From NCBI GenBank assembly GCA_035496735.1, contig DATJEI010000135.1, forward strand, positions 4,735 to 68,734: a DNA stretch of 64,000 bases, read 5' to 3'. This document shows positions 37,394-46,912 of the stretch, piece after piece; position 1 is the stretch's first letter, and each line of letters begins with the position of its first letter. The translations under genes were made by a program, and so were the position numbers. The DNA comes from Bryobacteraceae bacterium (GTDB lineage: Bacteria; Acidobacteriota; Terriglobia; Bryobacterales; Bryobacteraceae). Below the pieces are notes generated by a model. That model had not been told where the DNA came from and ran no database searches. It saw only the letters and a list, made by a program, of their open reading frames with translations.

Positions 37394-37893
37394 ATTCTTA
37401 GAGTCGTGATGCCGTCACACGCCCTCCCTCACCTCCATCCCGCCTGTGCTCAGCGACATCCCACATCCAACTCCTCTCCCTTCGCCGCCCGCTACCGCAT
37501 AATCCAACCGTAGTTGAGCCTGGCCAGGCCGATCGTCGTTGTTTGGTTAAATCCGCGTCCGCGAACTTGGTTGTCGCGGACTTGCCGCCCCGGAAACATT
37601 GAGGAAAGGGCGGGACACGGAAGAGAATCGATTCTCTGGTTGATACGGACGTCGCGAAAGTGGCGCGAGGTGACCGCGAAAGAAATAGGAGAGCGCAATT
37701 GCCGGTTGATTTGGAAACTTTTCTAAGACCGGAGCCCGCACCGACGCTAGCCGTTTGTGCGGGCTGAAAAAATAGACAGCCGCCTGTTTTCTTCACCCCC
37801 GGTGGGTTGCTTACGTAAGCAGCCCGCCGCGAGACGATCCGCAAGTTTCAAATCCGCATGGGAAACATGTCTAAATTTTCGCCGCTAGACGGC

Positions 37894-38760
37894 TTAAGGT
37901 TGAACCGTGACCTTAACTTTGCCGGTCGTCCAGCAGCACTGGAATCCGTTGCCGCCTTCGCCCGAATAGTCGTTGGCCGTCACGTTCAAGATGTAGTCGC
38001 CCGGTTGGCTGAAGGTCACGCTAGTAGTGGCCTTGCCGTTAAAAGGAGCTTTCGAACCAGGTCGTTCGACCTTCACCACTTGAGGACGCTCACTGGCGAA
38101 CTTCACCGTTCCCGGGCTGCGGTACGCAATCCATTTCACTGTGACCGGAGACGGCGTCTTCTTCGGCCGCGCTCCGGAGGAAGACGTGTACTTGTCATCG
38201 TCGGAGACCCACACCGTCAAATCCATCGGCGTCCCCGCCTTCGCCGTGCGCTCGGTGGAAACCGAGTGCGGCCCCTGCCCCGTCGGTCCACCCTCGTCGA
38301 AACTCACCACTGGCGGCGTGTTGCCCACCGACGCTTCCGTGAACGGCGAAATCTCGTAATCCGGATGCAGGCTCGCCGGAATTACGGTAGTCTTGCCGTT
38401 GGCCACCAGCGTCCAGGTGATTTTGTTTTGTCCGAAATCCGCCGGGACCGTCACTGTGAACAAACCCCAGCCGCGTCCCGGCATGAAGTGCGTAGGCTGC
38501 CCGCGGTCCGGCCCGCCGGGTTCGATGCGATTGCTGGGGCCGATCGGAATTTCCACCTCTTGGGTCTGATTCCGGTTGTAGTAGCCCAACAACAGGCCGA
38601 ACGTGCCGTCGGGATTCTTGAACCAGCCTTCAAACGCGCCCGTTACGCTGGAGCCGGTTTCACGCGCCGGCTCGACCGGCAGCGCCTGCCCCCACGCCAC
38701 GGCAGTGCTCGCAAGCAGAAACACAGCCGTCAGTCCGGACACCTGCCTACTCACCCGCAA
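37894..38760 (-). CDS. secreted hypothetical protein, operon partner of monooxygenase paralog 2
   Basis: Signal peptide (LLASTAVAWGQ). 288 aa and beta-rich. It starts 10 nt after the stop of 38770-40158 on the same strand. Confidence 0.7.
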   Translation of the reverse strand: MRVSRQVSGLTAVFLLASTAVAWGQALPVEPARETGSSVTGAFEGWFKNPDGTFGLLLGYYNRNQTQEVEIPIGPSNRIEPGGPDRGQPTHFMPGRGWGLFTVTVPADFGQNKITWTLVANGKTTVIPASLHPDYEISPFTEASVGNTPPVVSFDEGGPTGQGPHSVSTERTAKAGTPMDLTVWVSDDDKYTSSSGARPKKTPSPVTVKWIAYRSPGTVKFASERPQVVKVERPGSKAPFNGKATTSVTFSQPGDYILNVTANDYSGEGGNGFQCCWTTGKVKVTVQP

Positions 38761-38769
38761 TCCGCGCTC

Positions 38770-40158
38770 CTAGCGAGCCGAGGCATCCGCGGTCTGCACC
38801 TTCGGTTTATGCTGCGCCGCCCACGCGTTGTATTCCTCATCGCTCAGGTAAGTGACGTTCATCCACGCGTGTCCCATTTCATCCACCGTGCGGTCGCCAA
38901 AGCCGACCCATTGATCCGGATCGGGATTATACGGATTCGCATGCGTGTTGTCGTACCACGCCGTGACGTGAATCATCGTGCCCTTCGGGAACACCGGCGC
39001 CGCGTCGTCCGCGTAAATATAGTTGGTCATCCAGTTGAAGTTGAAATTGCCGACATGGCTGACGATCTGCGCCGTTCCGTCCGGCAAAATGGCTTCCACC
39101 GTCATGGCCTTGCCGCGCAGATGCATATGCGGCTGGAAATTCTCCAGTTGCGCGGGGCGCGTCAGGACCGTGTAATTGTCCACTGCGGCAAGCGTATTCG
39201 GGGCGATATCGATATTGCGCCCCGCACGCGTTCGCGATCCGTCAGAAGATTTGAAGCCGCGCAACGCCTGGAATCCCGTCAGATATGTGCGGTGCGTAGG
39301 CTCCTGCCCCTTGGGATAAAGCCAGATTCCCAGCTCCACATTGTCACGAATCTCTTCGCCCACCGCGTGAATGTGCACGTCCCAGGAAATCTGCGAACCT
39401 GGCAACAGCAGTTTGCCGGTGTCCGGGCGATACAGATCGTAGCCCTTGCCGATGGCCCATTCCATCAGGAACGAACGCGCGCCCAAGTCGGCGTCGCCCG
39501 CGCCCGGAGCCAGGCTCGACGGATCGTCCTGCACCAGATACGCCACCGCGTGATGCGTGATCTTGCGACCCGCAGCGGTCCCCGGCCGGATCTCGACGGC
39601 CCGCACCCAGCGCGGCTCGGTCACCGGGATATTCGAACTCGGCCGCCACCACACGTCCTGATGATGCGCCGCCATCGTGTAGGGATCGGACTTGATCACC
39701 AGATCCGGCTGGCCCAGCTCTTTCGCCGCTTTCCATTCATTCGCAGCGGGCCATTCTTTGGGAGGCGGCATATCTTTGGGGTCCCCCATAGGCGCGCCGC
39801 TGTCCACCCACCGCACCACGGTTGCGATCTGTTCATCGGTGAGCGAGATGTCGTTCTTGAATTTCTGAATGCCGACGGTTTTGTCAATGTGCCACGGCGG
39901 CATCTGCCGCGTAATCACACGCTGGCGGATGGCCTTGGCCCACGGGCGGGTTTCTTCGTAGGTCACCAGCGACATGGGCGCGAGCGAGCCTTTGCGATGG
40001 CACTCCTGGCAGCGCTCCTGGAAAATCGGGGCAATGTCTTTGGCGAACGTAACCGCTTTCGCGGTCTCCGCCTGACCTGCGGCAGTGGCCGCATCCGCGC
40101 CCAACAGCGCAGCAGGCAGCACGAAAGCAGCAAACGCAAAAAACTTAGCAGGCGTCAT
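38770..40158 (-). CDS. secreted CxxCH heme-motif + PHM/DBH-like copper monooxygenase-fold protein (paralog 2)
   Basis: Start set at MTPAKFFAFAAFVLPAALLG (ATG 40158). Motifs present are CQECH, THHAVAY, PHMHLRGK and TVDEMG. It aligns along its length with 35282-36472. Confidence 0.8.
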   Translation of the reverse strand: MTPAKFFAFAAFVLPAALLGADAATAAGQAETAKAVTFAKDIAPIFQERCQECHRKGSLAPMSLVTYEETRPWAKAIRQRVITRQMPPWHIDKTVGIQKFKNDISLTDEQIATVVRWVDSGAPMGDPKDMPPPKEWPAANEWKAAKELGQPDLVIKSDPYTMAAHHQDVWWRPSSNIPVTEPRWVRAVEIRPGTAAGRKITHHAVAYLVQDDPSSLAPGAGDADLGARSFLMEWAIGKGYDLYRPDTGKLLLPGSQISWDVHIHAVGEEIRDNVELGIWLYPKGQEPTHRTYLTGFQALRGFKSSDGSRTRAGRNIDIAPNTLAAVDNYTVLTRPAQLENFQPHMHLRGKAMTVEAILPDGTAQIVSHVGNFNFNWMTNYIYADDAAPVFPKGTMIHVTAWYDNTHANPYNPDPDQWVGFGDRTVDEMGHAWMNVTYLSDEEYNAWAAQHKPKVQTADASAR

Positions 40159-40403
40159 AATACGCTCCTTCGACACACGTTTTACAAACCGCCAATCGTC
40201 GATAAGTCTAGCGATGCGAATGGATAATGTCAAAGGGGTAGGCGCCGCGAGCAAAGGACCCGTCCGAAAAACGCGCCACTGGCACGACCGGATAGCTCCC
40301 CGCATGGTCGGCAATCCAATTAACTAGCTACTGGATTGCGACGTGTACTTCCGGACGCTTTCTCATGGAAGGCGCTATCCGCTTTGCAATAGGCTAAACT
40401 TAA

Positions 40404-41702
40404 GTGCACAGTAATATGCTGCCGGCCCCACCTGAATCCCACGCGCAGAAGGGAGATGCGGAAGGGTTGGCCAAATTACGATCCCTGCCCCGAGATACGC
40501 TCTCTCTGTCGGACTGCGACAAAACATTGGTCAGGTCACACGGAGATTCCACTGTCCGTGCATTCGCCAGAGGTTTGTTCGAGTTGCAGACGGCTGGGTT
40601 CCGGCTCCTTCCCATGGAAGGAATGCGAGGAATCAGCGCGCTGCTGGTTTTCTTCGTGCATTTTTATTCTCTCTTCGGATCGCGCGCGCAGTCTCCGCGG
40701 TTGGCCAGTTCATTTTTGTTTCTTGGAACCATCGGCCATGTGGGCGTAGACGTCTTCTTCGCGCTCAGTGGCTTCATCGTGTATGGAATGCTGATCGAGA
40801 AACCGATAGGATACTTAACATTCATCTGGCGGCGCGTCGTCCGGCTGTATCCAGTGTTCACGACCATCTTCGTGGTGTACGTGATCCTGGAATTGACGAT
40901 CGCGCCGAATGACCGGCTATTGGGCTCTTTCGGGTCCAACGTGGTCTATCTAGCTGCGAATTATCTGATGCTGCCCGGGTTCTTCCCGATCGTTCCTTTG
41001 ATCACAGTTGCATGGTCGCTCAGCTACGAACTCTTCTTCTACCTGGTGCTGCCGCTGGTAATAAGCAGCCTGCGGCTGAGGGCATGGCCACACAATAAGC
41101 GGGTGGTCCTTGTGACCGCGATCTCAATAGTGCATCTCGCCCTGGCCGGGAGTGGACTGATCGGGCATCCCCGGATGGTCATGTTCACCTGCGGAATCCT
41201 GTTGCGAGAGACTATCTCGTTCCAAACCATCTGGAACCAGCCGGCATGGCGCCGGACAGGGAGCATCGCTTCTTTATTGGCCTTCGCCAGCGCATTGGCA
41301 GTGCAGGGGTTGAGTGCGGAGCCGACGTTTGGACAATACTCTGGATTGGTCTCCCACGTACAGGGCTGGCGATTGGACCTCCTGTTTGGCGCAACGTATG
41401 CCTTGGGTTATTTCGCACTGGGCGGCGATGGATTCTTAGCCAAATGGTTCAGCTGGGACTGGATTCGCTGGTTTGGCAACATCAGCTACTCGTACTATCT
41501 CGTGCACGGGCTCGTCTTGCATATATTATTGAAGGGTTTTGACTTGATCCGCCTGCCCCCATCGCTTTCCATCCCATGGTTCCTGCTGCTCGCCGTGTTC
41601 TCCTTCCTGGCCACGGCACTCGGCGGGGCTGCGCTCTTTCTGACTGTGGAGAAGCCTTTTTTGGCTCTCAGAAAGCGGAATTTAAAGTACGCTAAGGCGT
41701 GA
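40404..41702 (+). CDS. acyltransferase family 3 (OafA-like) integral membrane protein
   Basis: MEGMRGISALLVFFVH motif and multiple TM segments. The exact start is uncertain: the first 70 aa are hydrophilic. Confidence 0.85.
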   Translation: MHSNMLPAPPESHAQKGDAEGLAKLRSLPRDTLSLSDCDKTLVRSHGDSTVRAFARGLFELQTAGFRLLPMEGMRGISALLVFFVHFYSLFGSRAQSPRLASSFLFLGTIGHVGVDVFFALSGFIVYGMLIEKPIGYLTFIWRRVVRLYPVFTTIFVVYVILELTIAPNDRLLGSFGSNVVYLAANYLMLPGFFPIVPLITVAWSLSYELFFYLVLPLVISSLRLRAWPHNKRVVLVTAISIVHLALAGSGLIGHPRMVMFTCGILLRETISFQTIWNQPAWRRTGSIASLLAFASALAVQGLSAEPTFGQYSGLVSHVQGWRLDLLFGATYALGYFALGGDGFLAKWFSWDWIRWFGNISYSYYLVHGLVLHILLKGFDLIRLPPSLSIPWFLLLAVFSFLATALGGAALFLTVEKPFLALRKRNLKYAKA

Positions 41703-41747
41703 GGTCGACTCGACCGCACCAGCCGGAACTTCCCGGCGTCAAGACAA

Positions 41748-42134
41748 TTAATCTGCAGCCGTTTCCTTCATGATTTTGATCATGGCGGTTTCGACTTCCT
41801 GCGCTACGCCTTCCAGTTGCGGCGTGTGGAACAGCGCCAGAAGAAGGGTCGGCTTTAACGCTGCGAGCATGGTTTTACCGCCCTCCTGGTAAATCGAGAT
41901 CCGGCAGGGCAGCGCTGTGGAGACGCTCATGTTTTCCTCAAGCACCTTCTTCGCTTGCTGCGGCTGGCAGACTTCAAAGATCAGACATTCGCGGGCGAAC
42001 TCCACGCCTTTCTTCGCCATGGTTTCTTTGAGGTTGTGAACCTGCATCACGCCAAAGTGATTGGCTTGCACGGCAGCCTGTAAGGCAGCCGCGGTTTCAC
42101 TTACGGTTTTATCGGTGGAGTATTTGAGCAGCAT
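41748..42134 (-). CDS. DUF302 domain protein
   Basis: 128 aa with ...FGVMQVHNLKETMAKKGVEF...EVCQPQQAKKVL...LPCRISIY..., typical of DUF302. Confidence 0.85.
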   Translation of the reverse strand: MLLKYSTDKTVSETAAALQAAVQANHFGVMQVHNLKETMAKKGVEFARECLIFEVCQPQQAKKVLEENMSVSTALPCRISIYQEGGKTMLAALKPTLLLALFHTPQLEGVAQEVETAMIKIMKETAAD

Positions 42135-42262
42135 ATATTTTCGTTGAGCAGTCGCGCATGACCACCAGCACGGAGATCACGGTCCAAGCGACATCCCGCC
42201 GCCAATCCATCTGCTTCCGCCCGTCCATCGGCGCGAGCACGTGGCGCTCCCAATGATTGCGG

Positions 42263-42679
42263 CTATTGGTGATGCTCTTTGTGGGCATCCGTGGATTTGT
42301 CGTCCATGTCCTTCATGCCCTTCATGTCCTTCATCATAGGCTCGTGCATTCCCATCATCTTCGCCATCATCTGTTTGTGCTGCGAGACCATTTCGTTAAT
42401 GACGGCGGCCATCGCGTCCACTTTGGCGCGGCCTTTCGCCGCGTTCATGGCCGCCACCTTCAGATCGAGACTCGCGTCCATAGCCTTCATCTCAGCCATC
42501 ATCTGGTTGTGCATGGCCATCATCTGCGGGTTCCCGCTCATCATGCCACTCTGGCCGCTGCCCGGCGGCATCCCAGCTTTGGACTCATTCTCCTGCGCGA
42601 GAGCACCGCTCGCCATGAGCGCCGCCACGAACGCAAATGCGGCCAGTATTCGAGTAGTCGAAACGACTTTCATAAACAA
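42263..42679 (-). CDS. periplasmic methionine-rich protein (paralog 1)
   Basis: Signal peptide (AALMASGALAQ). By hand count about 26 Met in 138 aa, in MxxM/MM motifs (GMMSGNPQMMAMHNQMMAEM; MMAKMMGMHEPMMKDMKGMKDM). His-rich C-terminus. Confidence 0.75.
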   Translation of the reverse strand: MFMKVVSTTRILAAFAFVAALMASGALAQENESKAGMPPGSGQSGMMSGNPQMMAMHNQMMAEMKAMDASLDLKVAAMNAAKGRAKVDAMAAVINEMVSQHKQMMAKMMGMHEPMMKDMKGMKDMDDKSTDAHKEHHQ

Positions 42680-42895
42680 TCTCCCATGTGTTCAAGGCCC
42701 AGCCCGTCAACGAGCTTCCTGTTATCACGACTTTGGTTATGCATGCGGACTGCCGTTTCCGGCTTTCGCAGAATTCAAGTCAAACCAAGCACGGTTTCAT
42801 GCGTCTAGATCCGACGGCTTGGGGTCTCCACTGACCGAATTCGGTCATTGGCTCGAGGGACCGAGGCGCGGCGCCCGGCAAGCAAGGGATTCCCG

Positions 42896-43285
42896 CTATT
42901 TTCTGGCGTCGCCCATCGCAGGGCAGTTCTTCATTTGCCCGGCCATATCATGCATTATGTTCCCCTGACCCATCATCTTGCTGTGCATCTGATCGAGCAA
43001 CGCAGAGTGTTCAGCGAGCAGGGCTTTCAACTTTGCCGGATCCTTCTCACTGTTCATTGCCGTCATGCTCTGCATCAGTTTGGACATCAGTTGAGACATT
43101 TCCTGATGTTGCCCCATCATCTGGCCCATCCTCATATTGCCGCTCATCATCCCCTTGCCCATCTGGCCATGGCCCATCGGGCTGGATTTTCCGGCCGGAG
43201 GATTGCCCTGCTGGGCCAAAGCAAGTGTCGAGAAAAAGGCGAGGATGGTCATGCCAAGCATCGCCATCAGGCTCTTGTAGCTCAT
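42896..43285 (-). CDS. periplasmic methionine-rich protein (paralog 2)
   Basis: Signal peptide (FFSTLALAQQ). By hand count about 24 Met in 129 aa. It shares the GMMSGN motif with paralog 1. Confidence 0.75.
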   Translation of the reverse strand: MSYKSLMAMLGMTILAFFSTLALAQQGNPPAGKSSPMGHGQMGKGMMSGNMRMGQMMGQHQEMSQLMSKLMQSMTAMNSEKDPAKLKALLAEHSALLDQMHSKMMGQGNIMHDMAGQMKNCPAMGDARK

Positions 43286-43508
43286 ACAATTTCTCCATCT
43301 TCCTGTTGATGCCTCTTTATCGAAGAGGCGTTTGTTCTATATGCACATAGCGCGCCAACCGTTAAGCATGGCATTCTAGCCGCTTACCAAGGTCGGTACG
43401 CGGCCGAACCCACAGGGTGCGCCAAATCGCGCATTCCCGATGGAGTGGGGAAGCCTCAAACAGGGATCGGGCTGGAACGGTAAATGGGTCGGAAGGGGTC
43501 GCGCCGGC

Positions 43509-46500
43509 TCAGGCCTCGAGCACCACTTCTTCAAGGGGCCGCGGCGAGTGTTTCTTGGCCGCTTTGCGGTCCTTGCGTCTCTTGCCGGAACCGGCGAAGC
43601 GTTCCATGTAGGTGTAAAACACCGGCGTGATAAACAGCGTCAGAAGCTGCGATACTACTAGGCCGCCGACTACCGCCAGACCCATAGGGCGACGCGCTTC
43701 GCCGCCGGCGCCCAAGCCCAGCGCGATGGGCAGCGTGCCCACCAGCGCCGACATGGTGGTCATCATAATGGGGCGGAAACGCACCAGGCAGGCTTCGACA
43801 ATCGCCTCGGCGGGCGCGATGCCATCGGTACGCTGGGTCTCCAGCGCGAAGTCGATCATCATGATGGCGTTTTTCTTGACGATGCCCACCAGCATGATAA
43901 TGCCGACGAACGAATAAATATTGAGCTCCTGATGGAACAGCACCAGCGTGGCCAAAGCGCCCAATCCGGCGGAAGGAAGTCCGGAAAGAATAGTGATGGG
44001 ATGGATGAAGCTCTCATAGAGAATTCCCAGCACCATGTAGATCACCAGCACGGCCAGCGCTAACAGCAGCCCCATGCCGCGCAGAGAATCCTGGAAAGCC
44101 GCGGCCGTGCCCTGGAACGTGGTGCTGATGGTATCCGGCAGAGTCTCGCGGGCCACCGCCTGCACGCGGTCGACGGCATCGCCCAGGGCCACGCCGGGCG
44201 CGGTATTAAAGGAAACGGTCACCGCCGGCAATTGACCAAAGTGCTGGATCGTGAGCGGACCCACTCCGGTCTTGAGCGAGGCCACGGCGCTCAGCGGAAC
44301 CAGATTTCCGTTGCTCGAACGCACGTATAAGAGTCCCAGGCTGTTCATGTCGCGCTGATACTGCGGCAAGACTTCGAGCATGACCCAGTAACTATCCACC
44401 TGCGTATAGATGGTGGAGATTTGCGGCTGCCCGTAGGCGCTGTTGAGCGCGCTCTCGATTTGTCCTTCGCTGACGCCCACGGCGGACGCCCGGTCGTGGT
44501 TGATATCCACGCTGAGAATGGGACTCGCTATCTGCAGATCGCTATTCACGTCGGTGAGACCCGGCACCGTATGCAGGCGTTTTTCAAAGGCGGCGGCGGC
44601 GGAGTAGAGCGTATTGAGATCGCCGGATTGCAGCGTGAACTGATACAGCGTGCGGATCTGGTTGCCGCCGATGCGCACCATGGGCGGGTTCGCCAGGAAA
44701 ACGCGGACACCCGGAACCGTAGCCAACTGCGGGCGGAGTTCCTCAATAATCTGCTCCGGAGTCAGCTTGCGTTGCTTGCGGGGTTTGAGGCGGATAAAGA
44801 AGCGGCCCTGGTTCATGGGCGAGCCCTGATCGCCGCCCACTCCCATGAAGGAGCCGAACAACTCGATGTTCGGATCCTTAGCCATAATGGCAGCCACCCG
44901 GCCCTGCAGATCTTTCATAGCCTCAAAGGAGATGTCCTGGCTGGCTTCCGTGCTCCCCTGCAGCATGCCGGTGTCCTGGCTGGGAATGAAACCCTTAGGC
45001 GTTACCACCAGCAGATATGCCGTGCCCGCCAAGGTTCCGGCAGCTACCAGCATGGTGAGGGGACGGTGCCGCATAACGCCGCGCAGCACCCAGCCGTAAG
45101 CGTCGCGCGCCCCATTGAGCACGCGTTCGGTCGCGCGGTAGAGCGCGTTGTGATGTTCGGTGGGCGGCTTCAGGAAGCGGCTGCACAACATGGGCGTGAG
45201 GCTGACGGAGACGAAGCCGGAAATCAGGATGGCCACGATAATGGTGACCGCGAATTCATGGAACAGGCGGCCCATGATGCCGCTCATGAACATTACCGGG
45301 ATGAAAACGGCGGCCAGCGACAGCGTCATCGACATCACGGTGAAGCCAATCTCCCGAGCGCCTTCGAGCGCGGCTTCCATGCGGGGCTTGCCCATTTCCA
45401 TGTGCCGGACGATATTCTCCAGCACCACAATGGCGTCGTCCACCACGAAACCAACCGATAGCGTGAGCGCCATCAGCGACAAGTTGTCGAGCGAATATCC
45501 CAGTGCCCACATGGCTGCAAAGGTGCCGATCACTGAGATCGGCAGCGCCAGGCTGGGAATCGCGGTGGCAGAGACGTTGCGCAGGAACAGGAAGATCACC
45601 AGGACCACCAGGATCACGGTGGCTAGCAACGTGAATTTAACGTCATTGACCGACTCCAGAATCGGCTGCGAGCGGTCGAGCTGGATGTCGACGTTAACCG
45701 TCGGCGGCATCACTTCCGCAAAGGCCGGCAACAGGGCTTTAATCCGGTTCACGACCTCTACTGTGTTGGCTCCGGGCTGACGCCGAATTGCCAGCATGAT
45801 GTAACGCTCGCTGCCCCGGTTGGTATAGAGCGTCATCGCGGCCTTATCCACCTGAACCCCGTCAATCACCCGCCCCAGATCCCGCAAGCGCACCGGGGAG
45901 CCGTTGCGGTAGGACACGATCATGTTGTTAAAAGCGTTCGCGTCCATGAGCTGGCCGTTGGCGCGCACCGTGAAAGCTTGATTCTTGCCCCACAGAGCGC
46001 CGGTGGGCTGGTTCACGTTATGGGCCTTGAGGGCATTGGAAACCTCATCGATTCCGATGTGGCGTGCAGCCAGCAGGCTGGGGTCGAGCTGCACATGGAC
46101 CGCCCACTTCTGGGCGCCGAACACATTCACCTGAGCCACGCCGTCCAGCGAGGAAATTCGCTGTGCCATCAGGTTTTCGGCGTACTCATCGAGTCTGGAA
46201 AGTTCCATGGTCGGCGCGGAGAGTGCCAGCAGGAGGACCGGCATGTCCCCGGGATTCACCTTGCGCAGGGTGGGTGGCGAAGGCATCCCCGGCGGGAGCA
46301 GCCGCAGGACCGCCGCAATGGCGCTCTCGACATCGGCTGCCGCGCCATCAATCGAGCGATCGAGAGTGAATTGGATGGTGATGCTGGTGCTGCCGACTCC
46401 GCTCGAGGAGGTCATGGTATCGATGCCGGCGACAGTCGCGAACTGGCGTTCGAGAGGCGTGGCGACCGCGGTAGCCATGGTTTCCGGGTTGGCGCCTGGC

Positions 46501-46652
46501 AGGCTGGCCTGGACCTGAATGGTGGGGAAATCTACGTTGGGGAGATCACTGACCGGCAGCGCGCGATAACCGGCAATTCCAAACAGAACGATACCGATCA
46601 TGACCAGCGCGGTCATTACAGGGCGCTTGATAAAGAGATCGGTAATGCTCAT
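43509..46652 (-). CDS. RND efflux transporter permease (AcrB/MdtBC-like, HAE1-type)
   Basis: 1047 aa with an N-terminus MSITDLFIKRPVMTALVMIGIVLFG...LPVSDLPNVDFPTIQV typical of multidrug RND pumps. Confidence 0.95.
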   Translation of the reverse strand: MSITDLFIKRPVMTALVMIGIVLFGIAGYRALPVSDLPNVDFPTIQVQASLPGANPETMATAVATPLERQFATVAGIDTMTSSSGVGSTSITIQFTLDRSIDGAAADVESAIAAVLRLLPPGMPSPPTLRKVNPGDMPVLLLALSAPTMELSRLDEYAENLMAQRISSLDGVAQVNVFGAQKWAVHVQLDPSLLAARHIGIDEVSNALKAHNVNQPTGALWGKNQAFTVRANGQLMDANAFNNMIVSYRNGSPVRLRDLGRVIDGVQVDKAAMTLYTNRGSERYIMLAIRRQPGANTVEVVNRIKALLPAFAEVMPPTVNVDIQLDRSQPILESVNDVKFTLLATVILVVLVIFLFLRNVSATAIPSLALPISVIGTFAAMWALGYSLDNLSLMALTLSVGFVVDDAIVVLENIVRHMEMGKPRMEAALEGAREIGFTVMSMTLSLAAVFIPVMFMSGIMGRLFHEFAVTIIVAILISGFVSVSLTPMLCSRFLKPPTEHHNALYRATERVLNGARDAYGWVLRGVMRHRPLTMLVAAGTLAGTAYLLVVTPKGFIPSQDTGMLQGSTEASQDISFEAMKDLQGRVAAIMAKDPNIELFGSFMGVGGDQGSPMNQGRFFIRLKPRKQRKLTPEQIIEELRPQLATVPGVRVFLANPPMVRIGGNQIRTLYQFTLQSGDLNTLYSAAAAFEKRLHTVPGLTDVNSDLQIASPILSVDINHDRASAVGVSEGQIESALNSAYGQPQISTIYTQVDSYWVMLEVLPQYQRDMNSLGLLYVRSSNGNLVPLSAVASLKTGVGPLTIQHFGQLPAVTVSFNTAPGVALGDAVDRVQAVARETLPDTISTTFQGTAAAFQDSLRGMGLLLALAVLVIYMVLGILYESFIHPITILSGLPSAGLGALATLVLFHQELNIYSFVGIIMLVGIVKKNAIMMIDFALETQRTDGIAPAEAIVEACLVRFRPIMMTTMSALVGTLPIALGLGAGGEARRPMGLAVVGGLVVSQLLTLFITPVFYTYMERFAGSGKRRKDRKAAKKHSPRPLEEVVLEA

Positions 46653-46780
46653 AAACCGAGACTAGCTAAAAATGCGTGGCAGCAGCTTCTTTACTTGCAC
46701 TTGCCGACACTTAGGCCGATGGTTCTATTGTAGACCGGGGGCCGCGACGGCGGATGTGCCATATGGGTGGGTTTGGAGCT

Positions 46781-46898
46781 AGCAAGCGGAGGGGGCGGCC
46801 GACTTCCGCAGGCCCGTGAGCGCGCGATGATGCCCGACGACTTATTTTGCGCTGGCGGCGGTCCAGTAGGCGGGCAAGTTAGGCTTGGTCTCGCGGAC
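46781..46898. repeat. direct repeat, left copy, bounding the McrBC islet (contains a displaced copy of the last 18 codons + stop of gene 50468-51787)
   Basis: 46835-46898 is identical over 64 nt to 50461-50524. 46781-46834 is similar to 50412-50460, with substitutions and small indels. Confidence 0.9.
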
Positions 46899-46912
46899 CG
46901 CAGACCTCAATT

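Noticed and set aside
37858-40227. 789-aa ORF on the plus strand spanning two minus-strand genes
   Set aside because: It is extremely Arg/His/Pro-rich and low in complexity, and it is antisense to two well-supported secreted protein genes. This is a typical shadow ORF of high-GC DNA.
42263-46652. Interpreting the RND pump plus Met-rich proteins as a CusCFBA-type copper/silver efflux operon
   Set aside because: The permease N-terminus looks like the multidrug HAE1 type rather than CusA. No MFP or OMF genes are present, and gaps of over 200 nt separate the genes. The association is kept only as a weak contextual hint.
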